Positions 10,076 through 20,488 of a DNA stretch of 64,000 nt are shown here, in pieces (the first letter of the stretch is position 1; the number at the start of each line of letters is the position of its first letter). Made by a program: the position numbers and the translations under genes. The stretch comes from Pelagomonas calceolata (Eukaryota), in assembly GCA_918797485.1 (NCBI GenBank), contig CAKKNE010000002.1:3286001-3350000 (forward strand), read 5' to 3'. The notes beneath the pieces were generated by a model. That model had not been told where the DNA came from. It saw only the letters and a program-made list of their open reading frames with translations, and did no database searches.

Positions 10076-11923
10076 CTATTTACTCCGCTCCGTCACCGTC
10101 ATCCAGAGCCCGTTCCGCGTGTGGATCGTCGCGCCCGTGTTCGTCCCGACCTTATCGGGCGTGTCCGTCTTGCCCGCGAACTCGAAGTCGTAGTTCCGCA
10201 GGAAGCCGGCCAGCGCCACGGTGGCCTCCATCATGGCGAACTGGTCGCCGACGCACTTGCGCGCGCCGCCGCCGAACGGCATGAACGCGAAGTCGGTCGC
10301 CGTCTCCGTGGGATACAACGTGCCGATGGACCCCATCCACTTGTCCGGGTCGTAGCCCGCCCAGTTCGGCTCGTCCGGATTTTTATAGGGCTTGAGCCAC
10401 CGGTGCGGATCAAATTTATCGGGTTCGGGCCAGTACCGAGGGCTTCTATGTATAGAATAGACCGCGATAAAGACGTCCGACGCGCGCTGCATCTTCACTT
10501 CTACATCGTTATTCCTCAGATCATCGGACAAGTCCTCGGAGTCCGGCATGCGAGCCGCCGGCAGGCTGTCGTCGTCCACCGCTCTCCTTATTAACAAAGG
10601 AGGCTGGGGGTACATCCTTAAAGATTCCGCTACAGTGAGTCGTGTCAACTGCAAGGCTTCTATTTGTTCCCTAGTAGCAGGAGCCTTGCCGTCCGGCAGC
10701 ACCTTATCAAGTTCCTCTCTTAATTCAGCAAGTAACCCAGGATTCTGCGCCAACTCAAACACGCACCAAGTTAAGGCAGAAGCGGTTGTTTCATGACCAG
10801 CAATCAACATCGTCATCAAATCGTCGCGTAGTTGCGTTCCTGTCGCTTCCTCCCCGCGCTGATCGACCAAAAATCTCAGTAACGAAGGATTCTCCATGGT
10901 CTCATAATCCATGTTCTCCTGCAGGTCCTCCGTGTCCATCTCGACTCGATCTTCAAACGCGCCCGCGATGGCGTTGTTCAGCTGGTCATTGAGTAGATTC
11001 ATATTGGCCGTGAAGGCCCGCTGTCTAGGTACCAATTGCATGGCGCCGGGGATCTTCCAGTAGGGCGCGGGCGTCATGGACCGGTGCTCCGCCTCCCTTA
11101 ACGTGTCGATGGCCGCTTGGACGACCTTCGACGGCTTCAGCGTCGAATCGAACTCGTAGTTGAAGACCGCAGACCCGATGATATCCAACGCCAAAGAACC
11201 GAACCTCTCTTCCAGATCGACGGGTCCACTGGTAGTTTTGAGATCGTCGTTGAGCACGTCGACTTTAAGCGCGAACATGCTGATCATCCGCTGCAGCCAG
11301 CGCTTGTGGAACGCCGGCACGATGGCTCTTCTACGACTGGTCCAGGTGACGGGGTCCGCGGGAATCAGGCCCTTGCCCATGATATCTTCGAGGATCTCCG
11401 CCAGGACGCCCTTGTTGTAGCCTTTGTTGTTCGTGGCTAAGACATAACGTGCGAGTGACGCGTCCGACAACACTATAAAGGACTTGGGCCCAAAACATAA
11501 CTTGTAGGCCGGGCCGAACCTTCGGGCATATTCATGCAATCCCAAGTATAGCGTACCGTCGGCCAACCCACTAATGTCACCCTCGGCTAAAGGAGCACCA
11601 TCCGCCGACGGCGCGTCGCCATAAATCTGCTCGATGTTGCTCTTAAAAATCCTCATCGTGTCCCCGAGCTTGAGCTCCGTGCCCGGCTTGCCGGACTCCG
11701 TGAACGGCAGCGCCCAGAAGCCGTCCCACCACCACGGTAGACCCTCTTCGTCGTCGGACTTGGCCGTGTTCGTCGGGCCCTTGACGTTGTAGAGCATCGT
11801 GCCGTCGCCCTTCGCGTCGACCTTGTCCTCGACTTGCGATCGTAGTATGGTGGACGGCTTCGGCGCCGGGAGGACGAAGGCCGCGGCCGTCGCCGCCAGC
11901 GCGAGGAGGCGGAGCGGGGCCAT
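10076..11923 (-). CDS. CYP97: Cytochrome P450 CYP97 family carotenoid hydroxylase, plastid-targeted
   Basis: KGVLAEILEDIMGKGLIPAD, LIAGHETTA, ESLR, heme motif FGGGARKCVGDQFA; signal peptide ending AAAF. Confidence 0.93.
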   Translation of the reverse strand: MAPLRLLALAATAAAFVLPAPKPSTILRSQVEDKVDAKGDGTMLYNVKGPTNTAKSDDEEGLPWWWDGFWALPFTESGKPGTELKLGDTMRIFKSNIEQIYGDAPSADGAPLAEGDISGLADGTLYLGLHEYARRFGPAYKLCFGPKSFIVLSDASLARYVLATNNKGYNKGVLAEILEDIMGKGLIPADPVTWTSRRRAIVPAFHKRWLQRMISMFALKVDVLNDDLKTTSGPVDLEERFGSLALDIIGSAVFNYEFDSTLKPSKVVQAAIDTLREAEHRSMTPAPYWKIPGAMQLVPRQRAFTANMNLLNDQLNNAIAGAFEDRVEMDTEDLQENMDYETMENPSLLRFLVDQRGEEATGTQLRDDLMTMLIAGHETTASALTWCVFELAQNPGLLAELREELDKVLPDGKAPATREQIEALQLTRLTVAESLRMYPQPPLLIRRAVDDDSLPAARMPDSEDLSDDLRNNDVEVKMQRASDVFIAVYSIHRSPRYWPEPDKFDPHRWLKPYKNPDEPNWAGYDPDKWMGSIGTLYPTETATDFAFMPFGGGARKCVGDQFAMMEATVALAGFLRNYDFEFAGKTDTPDKVGTNTGATIHTRNGLWMTVTERSK

Positions 11924-12193
11924 GGCTGTCCTTGGTGTCGAGGTGCCTGGCGTTGGCGCTGCGGTGACTGCTGCGGGAGCAGTGCGCAAGAGAGCAACGC
12001 GCAAAGAGCAATGCCGCAAGAGGTAGGGTGTGAGCTGCTGCAGCCGCACGCCTCAAGCAGTGGTGCGAGCGCTACACTAGCCGCACGCGACGCTCCGTGA
12101 GGTTCCCGTAAAGCCGTTGTCCGCTCACGTCGCGTAGAGACGGCCTCTATAGCACAGCCTTGCAGAGGTTGATCATACATCAGCCAGGCCTTG

Positions 12194-12214
12194 CTAGTGT
12201 CTCAAGGCCGCTAG
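12194..12214. promoter_or_regulatory. Recurrent intergenic motif copy CTAGTGTCTCAAGGCCGCTAG
   Basis: Between divergent starts at 11923 and 12481. Confidence 0.6.
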
Positions 12215-12480
12215 CGCGCAGATCAAAGGTACAAGGAGCACTCATCCACACACCTCCCGCGCCCAACAAGCCGTCCCGGAAGGGCGCCGGCCCCGCCACG
12301 GTTCGTGCCGGCCGGTGTGCTCGTTACGGGCCAATCCGCGCTGCGTGCGCGGCACCGACCATCGCATTGATACGCGTAGCTTCGTTCGACGGATCACAAA
12401 CCAAAATCGTGTGGCAGTCGTAACGGGGCAGCCGTTCGAGGTCTGGGGCTGCCATAAACAGCCCAACCTAAGGTCGAAGG

Positions 12481-15400
12481 ATGCCCGAGAGCAGCCAGCT
12501 CGAGCGCGACGACGTCGCGGCCTGGACGGCCGCGCGCGACGCCGTGATAGCCGACCGCCACTGCTGGGACCGCGAAGCGTTACAAAGTGAACACGCCCGG
12601 AAAGCTTATGCGGCGGACGCCTTGCGATGGAAGAAGCAGCAGGAGCGGCCCCCCTCGGACCAGATGATCACGGCCGCCGTCGTTTCCTCAAAAGCACTGC
12701 TGGGCCAAATCGTCCAGGAGGAGCTGCCCGAGCGGCTGCTGCGGAAGCCGCCCGTCAAGTACATCCACGCGATCTTCGTCGCCGTGAGAAGCGCCACGGG
12801 GCTTGGAGCGGGCTTATTTGACGAGAACCAGCACATCGAGGAAGAGCTAAGGGGCAACGAGCGGCACCGGCACGCGGAGCGGGCGCCGCAGACGCGCGCC
12901 GAGAAGACGAAATTTCTGGTCAACCTCGTGGCTTGTGTGTCGCAAATATTGGACGAGACGTGGATCGCAGCCAGGTGCGCGCCAAATCCCATTATCTCGG
13001 GAGAAGACGCGCTCGGGGCGAATTTTTTATTACAAAATCTCGCGAGGGCCGCCCTGCGCGGCCAGAAGGCCTCGGAGCGCGCCGTGAAGCGTGTCAAGAG
13101 GATCGGCGAGCAGGAGCTGTACGGGCGGAGCATCGCGATACGGCGCGCGGTGGTCAAGTCGCAAGCAAAATGTAGAGGAGACACGTGTCGACGACGACGG
13201 TTGGTCATAAGGCCGCGGCCTGATAGTCCGCCGGCCGAGGCGCCGCCCAAGCGAGTTTTTGTTAGAGACACGCGGGAACAGGACGCCGCCGACACGGCGA
13301 TCAGCAAGGCCATGCGCATGCGGAATTTGTTAAGAGATGCTGCGTTAGCCGCCGAGACGGCGCACAACGCCCAGGCCTTCCTCAAGGAGCTCGAGACCGC
13401 CCGCAAATTACAAAGAGAATGTAGAAAGAAGCTCTCAGCGTTAGATGCGCGGAAGAAGCACCTCGAGGTCCAGGAGGTGTTGTTAGCCGACAAAGATGAA
13501 CAAATAAGGAAAAGAGAAACACGGGCGAAAAGACTCACTGATAGGGCCCAGCGCGAACTGAAAAAGCTCGAAAAACAAAAACAGGACTGGGAGGAGATGA
13601 CGGCGACCGTCCGCGAGAAGAATAGCATCGACTCCGACGGGAATTCGACGATCGCTTCCGTCCAAACGTTTCAATCTAGAACGTCGACGTTCCAGCGGGG
13701 GGCGTCCGTCGATTCGCGCGCTTCTTCCAAGTCGAAGACGAGCGTCTCGGGCACGGGCGCGCAGTACGCGCGGGCGGCCCGGTTACGGGCGAAGAAGCGG
13801 CAACGTAAAAAAATGAACCAAGAGATCAAGCTGCAGGGCGATTTGGACATCGCGCGGGACGCCTTGACCCAGACGCCGTCGGGCGAAATTAATAGAGCGA
13901 TGCGCGCGCTGGGCGGCGCGCGCGGCGTCTTCGGCGAATTTCTGCGGGAGCAGCTCGTCGAGGTGCGCGACGAGATCGCGCGCATGCCCGAGGAGGCGAT
14001 GCGGCCGCGCGCGGCGCCGACGCGCGACGACCGCGGGGCGCCGGCCATGGCGTTCCCGCTGCCGCTCAAGGCGCCGCCGTCGTCGGAGTACGTCCTGCCG
14101 ATGGACGGCTTCGCGCCGCCGGCGGATTTGGGATTGGCGTCCGTCGCGCGGCTCGCGCGGACGCCGGAAGTGCCGAAGCAGCGGACGACCCAGCGGCGGC
14201 AGTCGTTGCACGACGCCTTCGCGCCGCCGCGGGCCTACGTTAAGGAAGAGCACGAGCTCGCGATGAAGGGGCTGGACGGCGTCGAGCCGCCGCGGCCGGA
14301 CGCCGAGGAGCGGCCGCCGGCGATGGGGCTCGACGGCTTCGAGCCGCCGCGGCCGGACGCGGAGGAGCGGCCGCCGGCCATGGGTCTGGACGGGTTCGAG
14401 CCGCCGGCCGACGACGACGCGCCGTCGACGGCGGCGCCGCCCGAGTCGCCGAATCGCCCCGAGCACGCGGTGCACGCCGACCACGTCGAAGACGGCCGCG
14501 TCCTCGTCCACCACGACACTGAAAATAATTACGGCGGCGACGACAGCGAGGACGACTACGCCGAAGACGACTTCGACGACGTCTTCGACGACGTCTTCGA
14601 CGCCGAGGACATCGCCGCGGACGAGGCCGCGGCCGATGAGCCGGCGGAGCCGGCGCAGGAGACGCCGGCCGCGGGCCTCCGGACCGCGGAGCCCGTGGAG
14701 CCGGCTCCGCGGGGAAGCATTAGCGGGGAAGGCGTGTGCTTTGAAGGCCAAGAGCCCGCAACGAAGGAGAGCGCGGCCTACTGGCGGCAGCGCAAGATGC
14801 ACGAGCCCGACGCGAAGCCCGGGTCCCGGAGCGACCTCCGCAAAATCGTGGCGCGGCGAGGTCACGTCCCCCTGGAAGACACGGAGATGAGCCTCGAGGC
14901 CGGCGCGGCCGTCGTCGTCCTGAAGAGCGAGCTCTCCGACGAGCCGGGCTGGATCTTCGCGACGAGGGGCAACGACGAGTGTGGCTACGTGCCGCGCACC
15001 TACCTGCTGCGCGACAGCTCGCCAACGAAGAAACCTCTGGACCGCCAACGTGTGGTGGACATCTGGACCGCGGAGCCCGAGGTCCCGGGCTACGCCGACG
15101 GCGCCGCCGACGAGGCCCGGGCGTTCCTGGAGCAGGCGCGCGCGCGGCGCGGCGTGCGCGACGTCTTCCGCGAGGACGAGCCCAAAAAAGACGAGGCCGA
15201 GGCGCGCGCGGCCGAGGCGGGGAAGTTGCGCGACGCGGTCGCGCAGCTGGGCGACTCCGAGTCGGCGCCGTCGACGGCCGCCGCGGTGGAAGGCATCGAC
15301 GACGACGCGTCGTTCACCCAACACATCGCCGACGAGGCGAATGCGTCGGAGGACGAGAACCCGGCCTGGGACTCGTCGGACTACTCGTCCGGCGATTTTG

Positions 15401-15636
15401 ATTATCCCGTGGACCCGAGCACGGCGGGGAACTCGCCCGCGCGGCAGCGTCTACGGAGCGGCCCGGGGCTAGGGGACGGCGACGTCGCGTCGCCGCCGGC
15501 GCGCAACGACGACGACGACTGGTTCGCGGCCGAGGAGCCGCCCAAAAAGCCAGCGCCCAAGGAAGTCGCCGGCTACCTGTCGAAGTTCGACGCGGACTTT
15601 GAAAGAGCCATGGCGAAGCACCGGCGGCACCTTTGA
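12481..15636 (+). CDS. Large protein with a TRAF3IP1/IFT54-like N-terminal domain, coiled coil and SH3 domain
   Basis: RLLRKPPVKYIHAIFVAV..TG..GLF resembles the MIP-T3 N-terminus; EMSLEAGAAVVVL...GWIFA...GYVPRTYL matches SH3. Confidence 0.7.
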   Translation: MPESSQLERDDVAAWTAARDAVIADRHCWDREALQSEHARKAYAADALRWKKQQERPPSDQMITAAVVSSKALLGQIVQEELPERLLRKPPVKYIHAIFVAVRSATGLGAGLFDENQHIEEELRGNERHRHAERAPQTRAEKTKFLVNLVACVSQILDETWIAARCAPNPIISGEDALGANFLLQNLARAALRGQKASERAVKRVKRIGEQELYGRSIAIRRAVVKSQAKCRGDTCRRRRLVIRPRPDSPPAEAPPKRVFVRDTREQDAADTAISKAMRMRNLLRDAALAAETAHNAQAFLKELETARKLQRECRKKLSALDARKKHLEVQEVLLADKDEQIRKRETRAKRLTDRAQRELKKLEKQKQDWEEMTATVREKNSIDSDGNSTIASVQTFQSRTSTFQRGASVDSRASSKSKTSVSGTGAQYARAARLRAKKRQRKKMNQEIKLQGDLDIARDALTQTPSGEINRAMRALGGARGVFGEFLREQLVEVRDEIARMPEEAMRPRAAPTRDDRGAPAMAFPLPLKAPPSSEYVLPMDGFAPPADLGLASVARLARTPEVPKQRTTQRRQSLHDAFAPPRAYVKEEHELAMKGLDGVEPPRPDAEERPPAMGLDGFEPPRPDAEERPPAMGLDGFEPPADDDAPSTAAPPESPNRPEHAVHADHVEDGRVLVHHDTENNYGGDDSEDDYAEDDFDDVFDDVFDAEDIAADEAAADEPAEPAQETPAAGLRTAEPVEPAPRGSISGEGVCFEGQEPATKESAAYWRQRKMHEPDAKPGSRSDLRKIVARRGHVPLEDTEMSLEAGAAVVVLKSELSDEPGWIFATRGNDECGYVPRTYLLRDSSPTKKPLDRQRVVDIWTAEPEVPGYADGAADEARAFLEQARARRGVRDVFREDEPKKDEAEARAAEAGKLRDAVAQLGDSESAPSTAAAVEGIDDDASFTQHIADEANASEDENPAWDSSDYSSGDFDYPVDPSTAGNSPARQRLRSGPGLGDGDVASPPARNDDDDWFAAEEPPKKPAPKEVAGYLSKFDADFERAMAKHRRHL
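14269..14406 (+). repeat. 57-bp coding tandem repeat, ~2.4 copies (GLDGFEPPRPDAEERPPAM)
   Basis: Units start at 14269, 14326 and 14383. Confidence 0.9.
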
Positions 15637-15658
15637 GTAATCCTACTAGTAGTGTTAC

Positions 15659-17494
15659 TCACGTCTCGTCCATGACGTCGCGGCCGCGCTTCTTTTCTAT
15701 GATCTCAAACTTCGCGGTGCGCAGCCGATTGAGCGCGGCCGCGACTTCATACCGCCGCGGCCGCGAGAGGTCGCCGTCCCTGCGGCCCGCCGGCTGGATC
15801 GCGTCGAGGTCGAGGCCGTCAAGGGCGTCGAGCAAGGATGCGACGCTCGCGTGCCGCTGCTTCGCGGCGTGTATAATCGCAGCGCAGCAGGCCCGCGTCT
15901 GGCCGACCTCGACGAGCTGCTCGACGCCAGACACGTCGCAGTCGTTGTTGTCGCCGTACTGGAAGCTAGATAAAGCTTTGCAGCCCGTGCGGCCGTCGGG
16001 GACGCCCGGTTTAGGCGTGCGCGGCGTCGCGCGGAAGGCGTCGGCAGGCATCGGGGGCGGATCTCCGGCGAGCGCCTTCGCGTCCGCTGTTGCGTCGCGC
16101 GGCGAGAACGCGTCCATCACAACAACAGCGTCCGCTATCGAGAAGTAGTCGCCAGTGCCGCCGAGCACGAGAATAGACGAGACGCCATGCTTCGTGGAGA
16201 GCGCCGCAGCCCGTCTGACGAAGGGCACGATCGGTTCTCGATCGTCAGCCACGAGGCGCGCCATCCGCTCGTCGCGAATCATGAAATTCGTCGCGCAGGT
16301 GTCCTCGTCAAACAGCAACGTCGTCGCGCCGGCCTCGACGGCCTCGCAGATCGCCGCGGCCTGCGACGTGCTCCCCGACGCGTCTGAGGTGCTGAACCTT
16401 CGCGTGAAGCCGGCCGGACGGCCCGGGACGTCTCCAATAAAACTGGAGATGTCCACGCTCTGCACGCTCCGGCCGTCCTCGGCTCTTACCTTGACGCAGT
16501 TCGGATCACTGACACATAACTCCCTCCCATCTCCCGGGACCTTGTCGAAGCAGCCGACCTGCAGCGCTTGTAAGAGCGTCGACTTGCCGTGGAAGCCGCC
16601 GCCACAAATCAGCGACAGGCCCAGCGGCAATCCTAAGCCCGTGACGCCATTCAACTCAACTCTCAAACCGCCGCACTTCTTGGAGTCGAACGCGACGGCG
16701 CCGTCGACCATGGGCCTATCATCATTCCCCGCCCGCCTTGCTAGTAAAGCGCCGTCGCCGATGAACGCCACGAGGCCCTTCGCAGCTAGAGCGTCTCGTA
16801 ACGATCTCTGCTTGATAACGGACGCAATGTGCCTCGCCAGATCAGCATCCTCGCGCGCGACGACCGCCTTCAATGCGAGATCCAAGGCTCGTTCACAAAG
16901 CACGCGCGCGCACCAGATGCCCTCGATGCTCCGCCCGGACGCGGGCAGCGCCACGGTAAACCTTACCTCGACGCCTCCACTACCATCCACGAGGCACGCC
17001 GTCCGTTCGAGCACGAACTGCGAGCAGACCGCAATTCTTAGCTCGCCGCCCTTCTTGCCGCCCCAGCCGCCCGTCTCCGTCCTCTTATCATCGCCCGCCG
17101 ACCGCGCCGCGTCGAAGAATTTACGAGAAATCCAGTCGCCGGTCGCGATGCGCGAGACCTTCGTCGCGTAGGCTTCATTAGGGAGTTGGGCGGCTGCCCC
17201 CTCAAAGACGACGCGGCACCTCGACGGAGGCGCGAAGGCGTCCTTCTGGCACTGGTCGATCTTCAGTTGCACGCCGCGCTGGAGCGTCCAGGCCGTGCCC
17301 CGCAGCTCTTGGTAAGCTCCATAAGACTGGCGTTCGAGACTCCTCAGGAAGGCGCGCAGGTCCTCGCCCGTGCCGCCCCGCGCCTGCCCGGGCGGCGGCG
17401 GCGGTAAGTGGCCGCCGCGGCCGCCCTTGCGCCCGCCGCCGCGCCCGCGCCCGCCGCCGTACTTCGCTTTGTAATACGCGCCGCGGCCGCCCAT
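15659..17494 (-). CDS. ABC-class ATPase domain protein (MRB1590-like) with an RGG-rich N-terminus
   Basis: Walker A GGGFHGKST, RAEDGRSV, TSDASGSTSQAA, LLFDEDTCATNFMIRD, AAALNRLR. Confidence 0.85.
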   Translation of the reverse strand: MGGRGAYYKAKYGGGRGRGGGRKGGRGGHLPPPPPGQARGGTGEDLRAFLRSLERQSYGAYQELRGTAWTLQRGVQLKIDQCQKDAFAPPSRCRVVFEGAAAQLPNEAYATKVSRIATGDWISRKFFDAARSAGDDKRTETGGWGGKKGGELRIAVCSQFVLERTACLVDGSGGVEVRFTVALPASGRSIEGIWCARVLCERALDLALKAVVAREDADLARHIASVIKQRSLRDALAAKGLVAFIGDGALLARRAGNDDRPMVDGAVAFDSKKCGGLRVELNGVTGLGLPLGLSLICGGGFHGKSTLLQALQVGCFDKVPGDGRELCVSDPNCVKVRAEDGRSVQSVDISSFIGDVPGRPAGFTRRFSTSDASGSTSQAAAICEAVEAGATTLLFDEDTCATNFMIRDERMARLVADDREPIVPFVRRAAALSTKHGVSSILVLGGTGDYFSIADAVVVMDAFSPRDATADAKALAGDPPPMPADAFRATPRTPKPGVPDGRTGCKALSSFQYGDNNDCDVSGVEQLVEVGQTRACCAAIIHAAKQRHASVASLLDALDGLDLDAIQPAGRRDGDLSRPRRYEVAAALNRLRTAKFEIIEKKRGRDVMDET

Positions 17495-17760
17495 TTGTGA
17501 TAGGCCCGCCGCCGCCGCGGCGCAGAGGACTACTAGGAGACGCGTCGACCGCGTCTTGCTGTGCCGCTGCCCGATGCGTGCGGCACGCAGCTGACTGCCA
17601 GCACTTGGCTGCACAGGAGCTCTTGAAATTAGTCCAGTCTTGGCACCGAAACGCAGCCGTGCAGCCGCCAGAGGCCAAAATCAGTCTGAAACCCAAATCT
17701 GCGATGCCAGATGGTGCTTTAGCAAGGCAGCGAGGCCCTTTTTAGCGCGAGGCAGTCGAG

Positions 17761-17782
17761 CTAGCGGCATGTAAGACACTAG
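17761..17782. promoter_or_regulatory. Recurrent intergenic motif copy CTAGCGGCATGTAAGACACTAG (opposite orientation)
   Basis: Between divergent starts at 17494 and 17918. Confidence 0.65.
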
Positions 17783-17917
17783 CAAACACAGCGCAGCGCG
17801 GCGCAGGAGCCACAGCAGGGACATACCAGGCTCTACCGGTCCCCACAGGCCACCCAGGCTGCCACCAGACCACACCCATACGACTCCACCAGGCAAGCCC
17901 GTCTGGGGCAGCCTACC

Positions 17918-20476
17918 ATGGCTACCCCCCAAGCAGAGGCGCCGGCCCCGGCGCGAAGAGTGGAAGAGGCCCCCGCCGACCCGCTCCACGCCTTCCGCCT
18001 CGCGACGAAGCGCGAAAAGCTCAAACGGCGCAAAGCGGAGGCCGCCGCCTACCGGCCCGGCGCCGGGCAGCTGAAGGCGCGGCACCGGCGCCAGGACGCC
18101 GACAAACCGAAGCTCAAGCCCAAGACGCTGGATGTGGAGCGCTTCCGGAAAGCCGTACAAGAGGGCGACGTCGACGACGCCATTCAACAGCTCGGCTCGT
18201 GGGCGTCGCAGAGCACTTGTGAAAGGCGCGAAACCGCGGCGACGGCGCGAAAAAAACTCGAGGCGAACGCCACGTATCGACGCCAAATGCGAGAAGAGGC
18301 GACGGCACGTGTTAAAGATATGGTCGAGGACGCGCGCGTGCTCACACAGTTACCGTCGGTTGACTCGTTCTTCGAGAAGAGCCGGGCCTTCCAGGAGGCT
18401 CATTCGGTTTCGAGCTGCCCGACGAAGAGCAAGAGCTATCGGGGCGCCGTGCCGCGGCGGCGGCCGCCGCCGTCGCCCGTCAAAAAGGCGCTTTATCCGC
18501 AGCGCTGCGACCTGCCGCCCGTCGACGCGCCGGCGCCGGCGCCCTCCACTAATCTCTGGTGGGGCCCCGCGGAGGAATCCGAATCCGAGGAGGAGGAGGA
18601 ACGAGAGGAGGCGGTGCACTTCTGGGGCGCCGCGTCCGACGCCGAGTCCGAAAGTTCGGAAGAGGCCGAGCCGTGGATCAGGGACCCGGAGCTGCTCCTT
18701 TCCCCAAATGCTCTGCTCGAGCAGCAGCAGGGCTCGCCCCAGGACGCGCTGGCCGCGGCATTAAACGCCCAGGCCGCATCAAAAGACCGCCAGGCCTCCG
18801 AGTGCGAGCGCCACGCGCGCGCGTTGATGGGCGAGGTCCGGTCTACGCGGTCGAACTACGCGCGGAGCATATTATCAAGGCACGCGGCGCGCTGGCGCCT
18901 CGTGGGCGCGCGGCATTGTGTAAAGGCGGCGGAATTGAGAAGGGACGCCGCCGAGGCGGCGCGGGACGGCGTCGCGGCGCCCTTCGACCGCCTCGTGGCG
19001 CGGGCGCGTGTGGTGGTTGCGGACGAGCAGAAGAAGTGCGCGCGGCACGCCGCGCCGCGGGGCAACGTGCCCTGGTTGCGACGGGAACGAACGGAGAGCC
19101 AGCTGGCGCGCGCGGAGGCCGTCGAGGAGGAGCTGCGGGAGAGGAAACGCGGGGCGCTGCGGGACCATTTAGAATTTTGCGAGGACATGCGGGACGGCGT
19201 CCGCGCGGCCGAGGCCGTTTTAAATGCTCGGCACGCGGCCCACGGCCGCGCGGCGGGGCGGTCCGGCATGCACCGTTTCGCGGCGCGGCTCATCGGGCGC
19301 GCGCGCCGCCGCATCTGGCGGCGGCGGAAGCGGCTCCACAAGGTCGCCAAGATCCAGGCGGTCCAGCGCGGCGTCGCCCTGCGAGCGCGGCACCTGGCCT
19401 CCGACGCCGACTCGTACCACTCGCTCCGTTCGCAACGGACCATGCGGTCCGCGGCGACGGCGCCGTCGTATCGCACCTTTCATTCCGAGACGACGGCGCC
19501 GTCGCGGGCCGGGCGCTCCTACACGGCGTCGCCCCTCACGGTGCCGTCGACCTTCGGCGGGCCGTACCGACGGCCCGCGGGCCCGCGCCGCGCCGCGCCG
19601 GACGACGGCTACCGCGCCGCGCCGGCCCCGGCCCCGGCGCCCGCGCCGGCGCCCGCGCCGGCCGGCGCGCCAGCCGGCGCGCCGGGGCCGGCCCCGGCGC
19701 CGGCCCCGGCGCCGGCGCCCGCCGGCGCGCGGGCGCCCAGCCCCGCGCGACGGTCCGTGACGCCCGTGTCGTCGACGGCGCTCGTCGCGTACCGGTGGCG
19801 CCGCGGCGACGCGTGCCTGGCCATCTGGGACGACGGCCTCTGGTACGACGCGCGCATCGCCGATTATGGAGACGACGAGGACACCTTCGACATCCTGTAC
19901 AAGGACGGCGACTTCCGGCCGAACGTGCCGTTGGTGGACATCGCGCCCCTCGACCAGCGCGATTTCTTGGACGAGTCGACGGTGGCGACGGCGCCGACGC
20001 AAGAGGACGCGCTGAGCTACGAGGACTTCGGCGAGCGGTCCCTCGTGCTCTCGGACCTGGACGACGGCTCGCGCGTGCCCGACGTCGACGACGGCCAGGG
20101 CCTGGAATGGGAGACGGTCGCCGACGAGCAGGGCCGGACCTTCTACTTCAACCGGTTGACCGGAGAGTCGGCCTGGGCGCTGCCGCCGTCGCGCGCGGCG
20201 TCGCCGCCCCAGTCGCCGCCGCCGCCGGAACCCTACGACGAAACCGTCCACATCGACGAGTTCGGCGTCGTCCGGGCCCAGCCGTCCTCGGCGCGGCGCA
20301 CCGAGTCCTTCCGCTCCTACTCGTCGCGGGCCTCCTCGCGCCAGACGACGCCGCGGTCCAACCCGTACTGGGACGACGACTCCTACTCCTACGACCCGTC
20401 GGGCTCCCAGGCGCCGGCGCTGTCGCGCGTGCCCTCGAACGCGTCCAACTACTCGTTCGCGTCCTCGACCGGGTAA
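17918..20476 (+). CDS. Hypothetical protein with IQ motif, Tudor-like domain and WW domain
   Basis: KIQAVQRGVALR (IQ); GDACLAIWDDGLWYDARI (Tudor-like); WETVADEQGRTFYFNRLTGESAWALP (WW); AP-repeat linker. Confidence 0.8.
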   Translation: MATPQAEAPAPARRVEEAPADPLHAFRLATKREKLKRRKAEAAAYRPGAGQLKARHRRQDADKPKLKPKTLDVERFRKAVQEGDVDDAIQQLGSWASQSTCERRETAATARKKLEANATYRRQMREEATARVKDMVEDARVLTQLPSVDSFFEKSRAFQEAHSVSSCPTKSKSYRGAVPRRRPPPSPVKKALYPQRCDLPPVDAPAPAPSTNLWWGPAEESESEEEEEREEAVHFWGAASDAESESSEEAEPWIRDPELLLSPNALLEQQQGSPQDALAAALNAQAASKDRQASECERHARALMGEVRSTRSNYARSILSRHAARWRLVGARHCVKAAELRRDAAEAARDGVAAPFDRLVARARVVVADEQKKCARHAAPRGNVPWLRRERTESQLARAEAVEEELRERKRGALRDHLEFCEDMRDGVRAAEAVLNARHAAHGRAAGRSGMHRFAARLIGRARRRIWRRRKRLHKVAKIQAVQRGVALRARHLASDADSYHSLRSQRTMRSAATAPSYRTFHSETTAPSRAGRSYTASPLTVPSTFGGPYRRPAGPRRAAPDDGYRAAPAPAPAPAPAPAPAGAPAGAPGPAPAPAPAPAPAGARAPSPARRSVTPVSSTALVAYRWRRGDACLAIWDDGLWYDARIADYGDDEDTFDILYKDGDFRPNVPLVDIAPLDQRDFLDESTVATAPTQEDALSYEDFGERSLVLSDLDDGSRVPDVDDGQGLEWETVADEQGRTFYFNRLTGESAWALPPSRAASPPQSPPPPEPYDETVHIDEFGVVRAQPSSARRTESFRSYSSRASSRQTTPRSNPYWDDDSYSYDPSGSQAPALSRVPSNASNYSFASSTG

Positions 20477-20488
20477 CTATGTGTCTGT

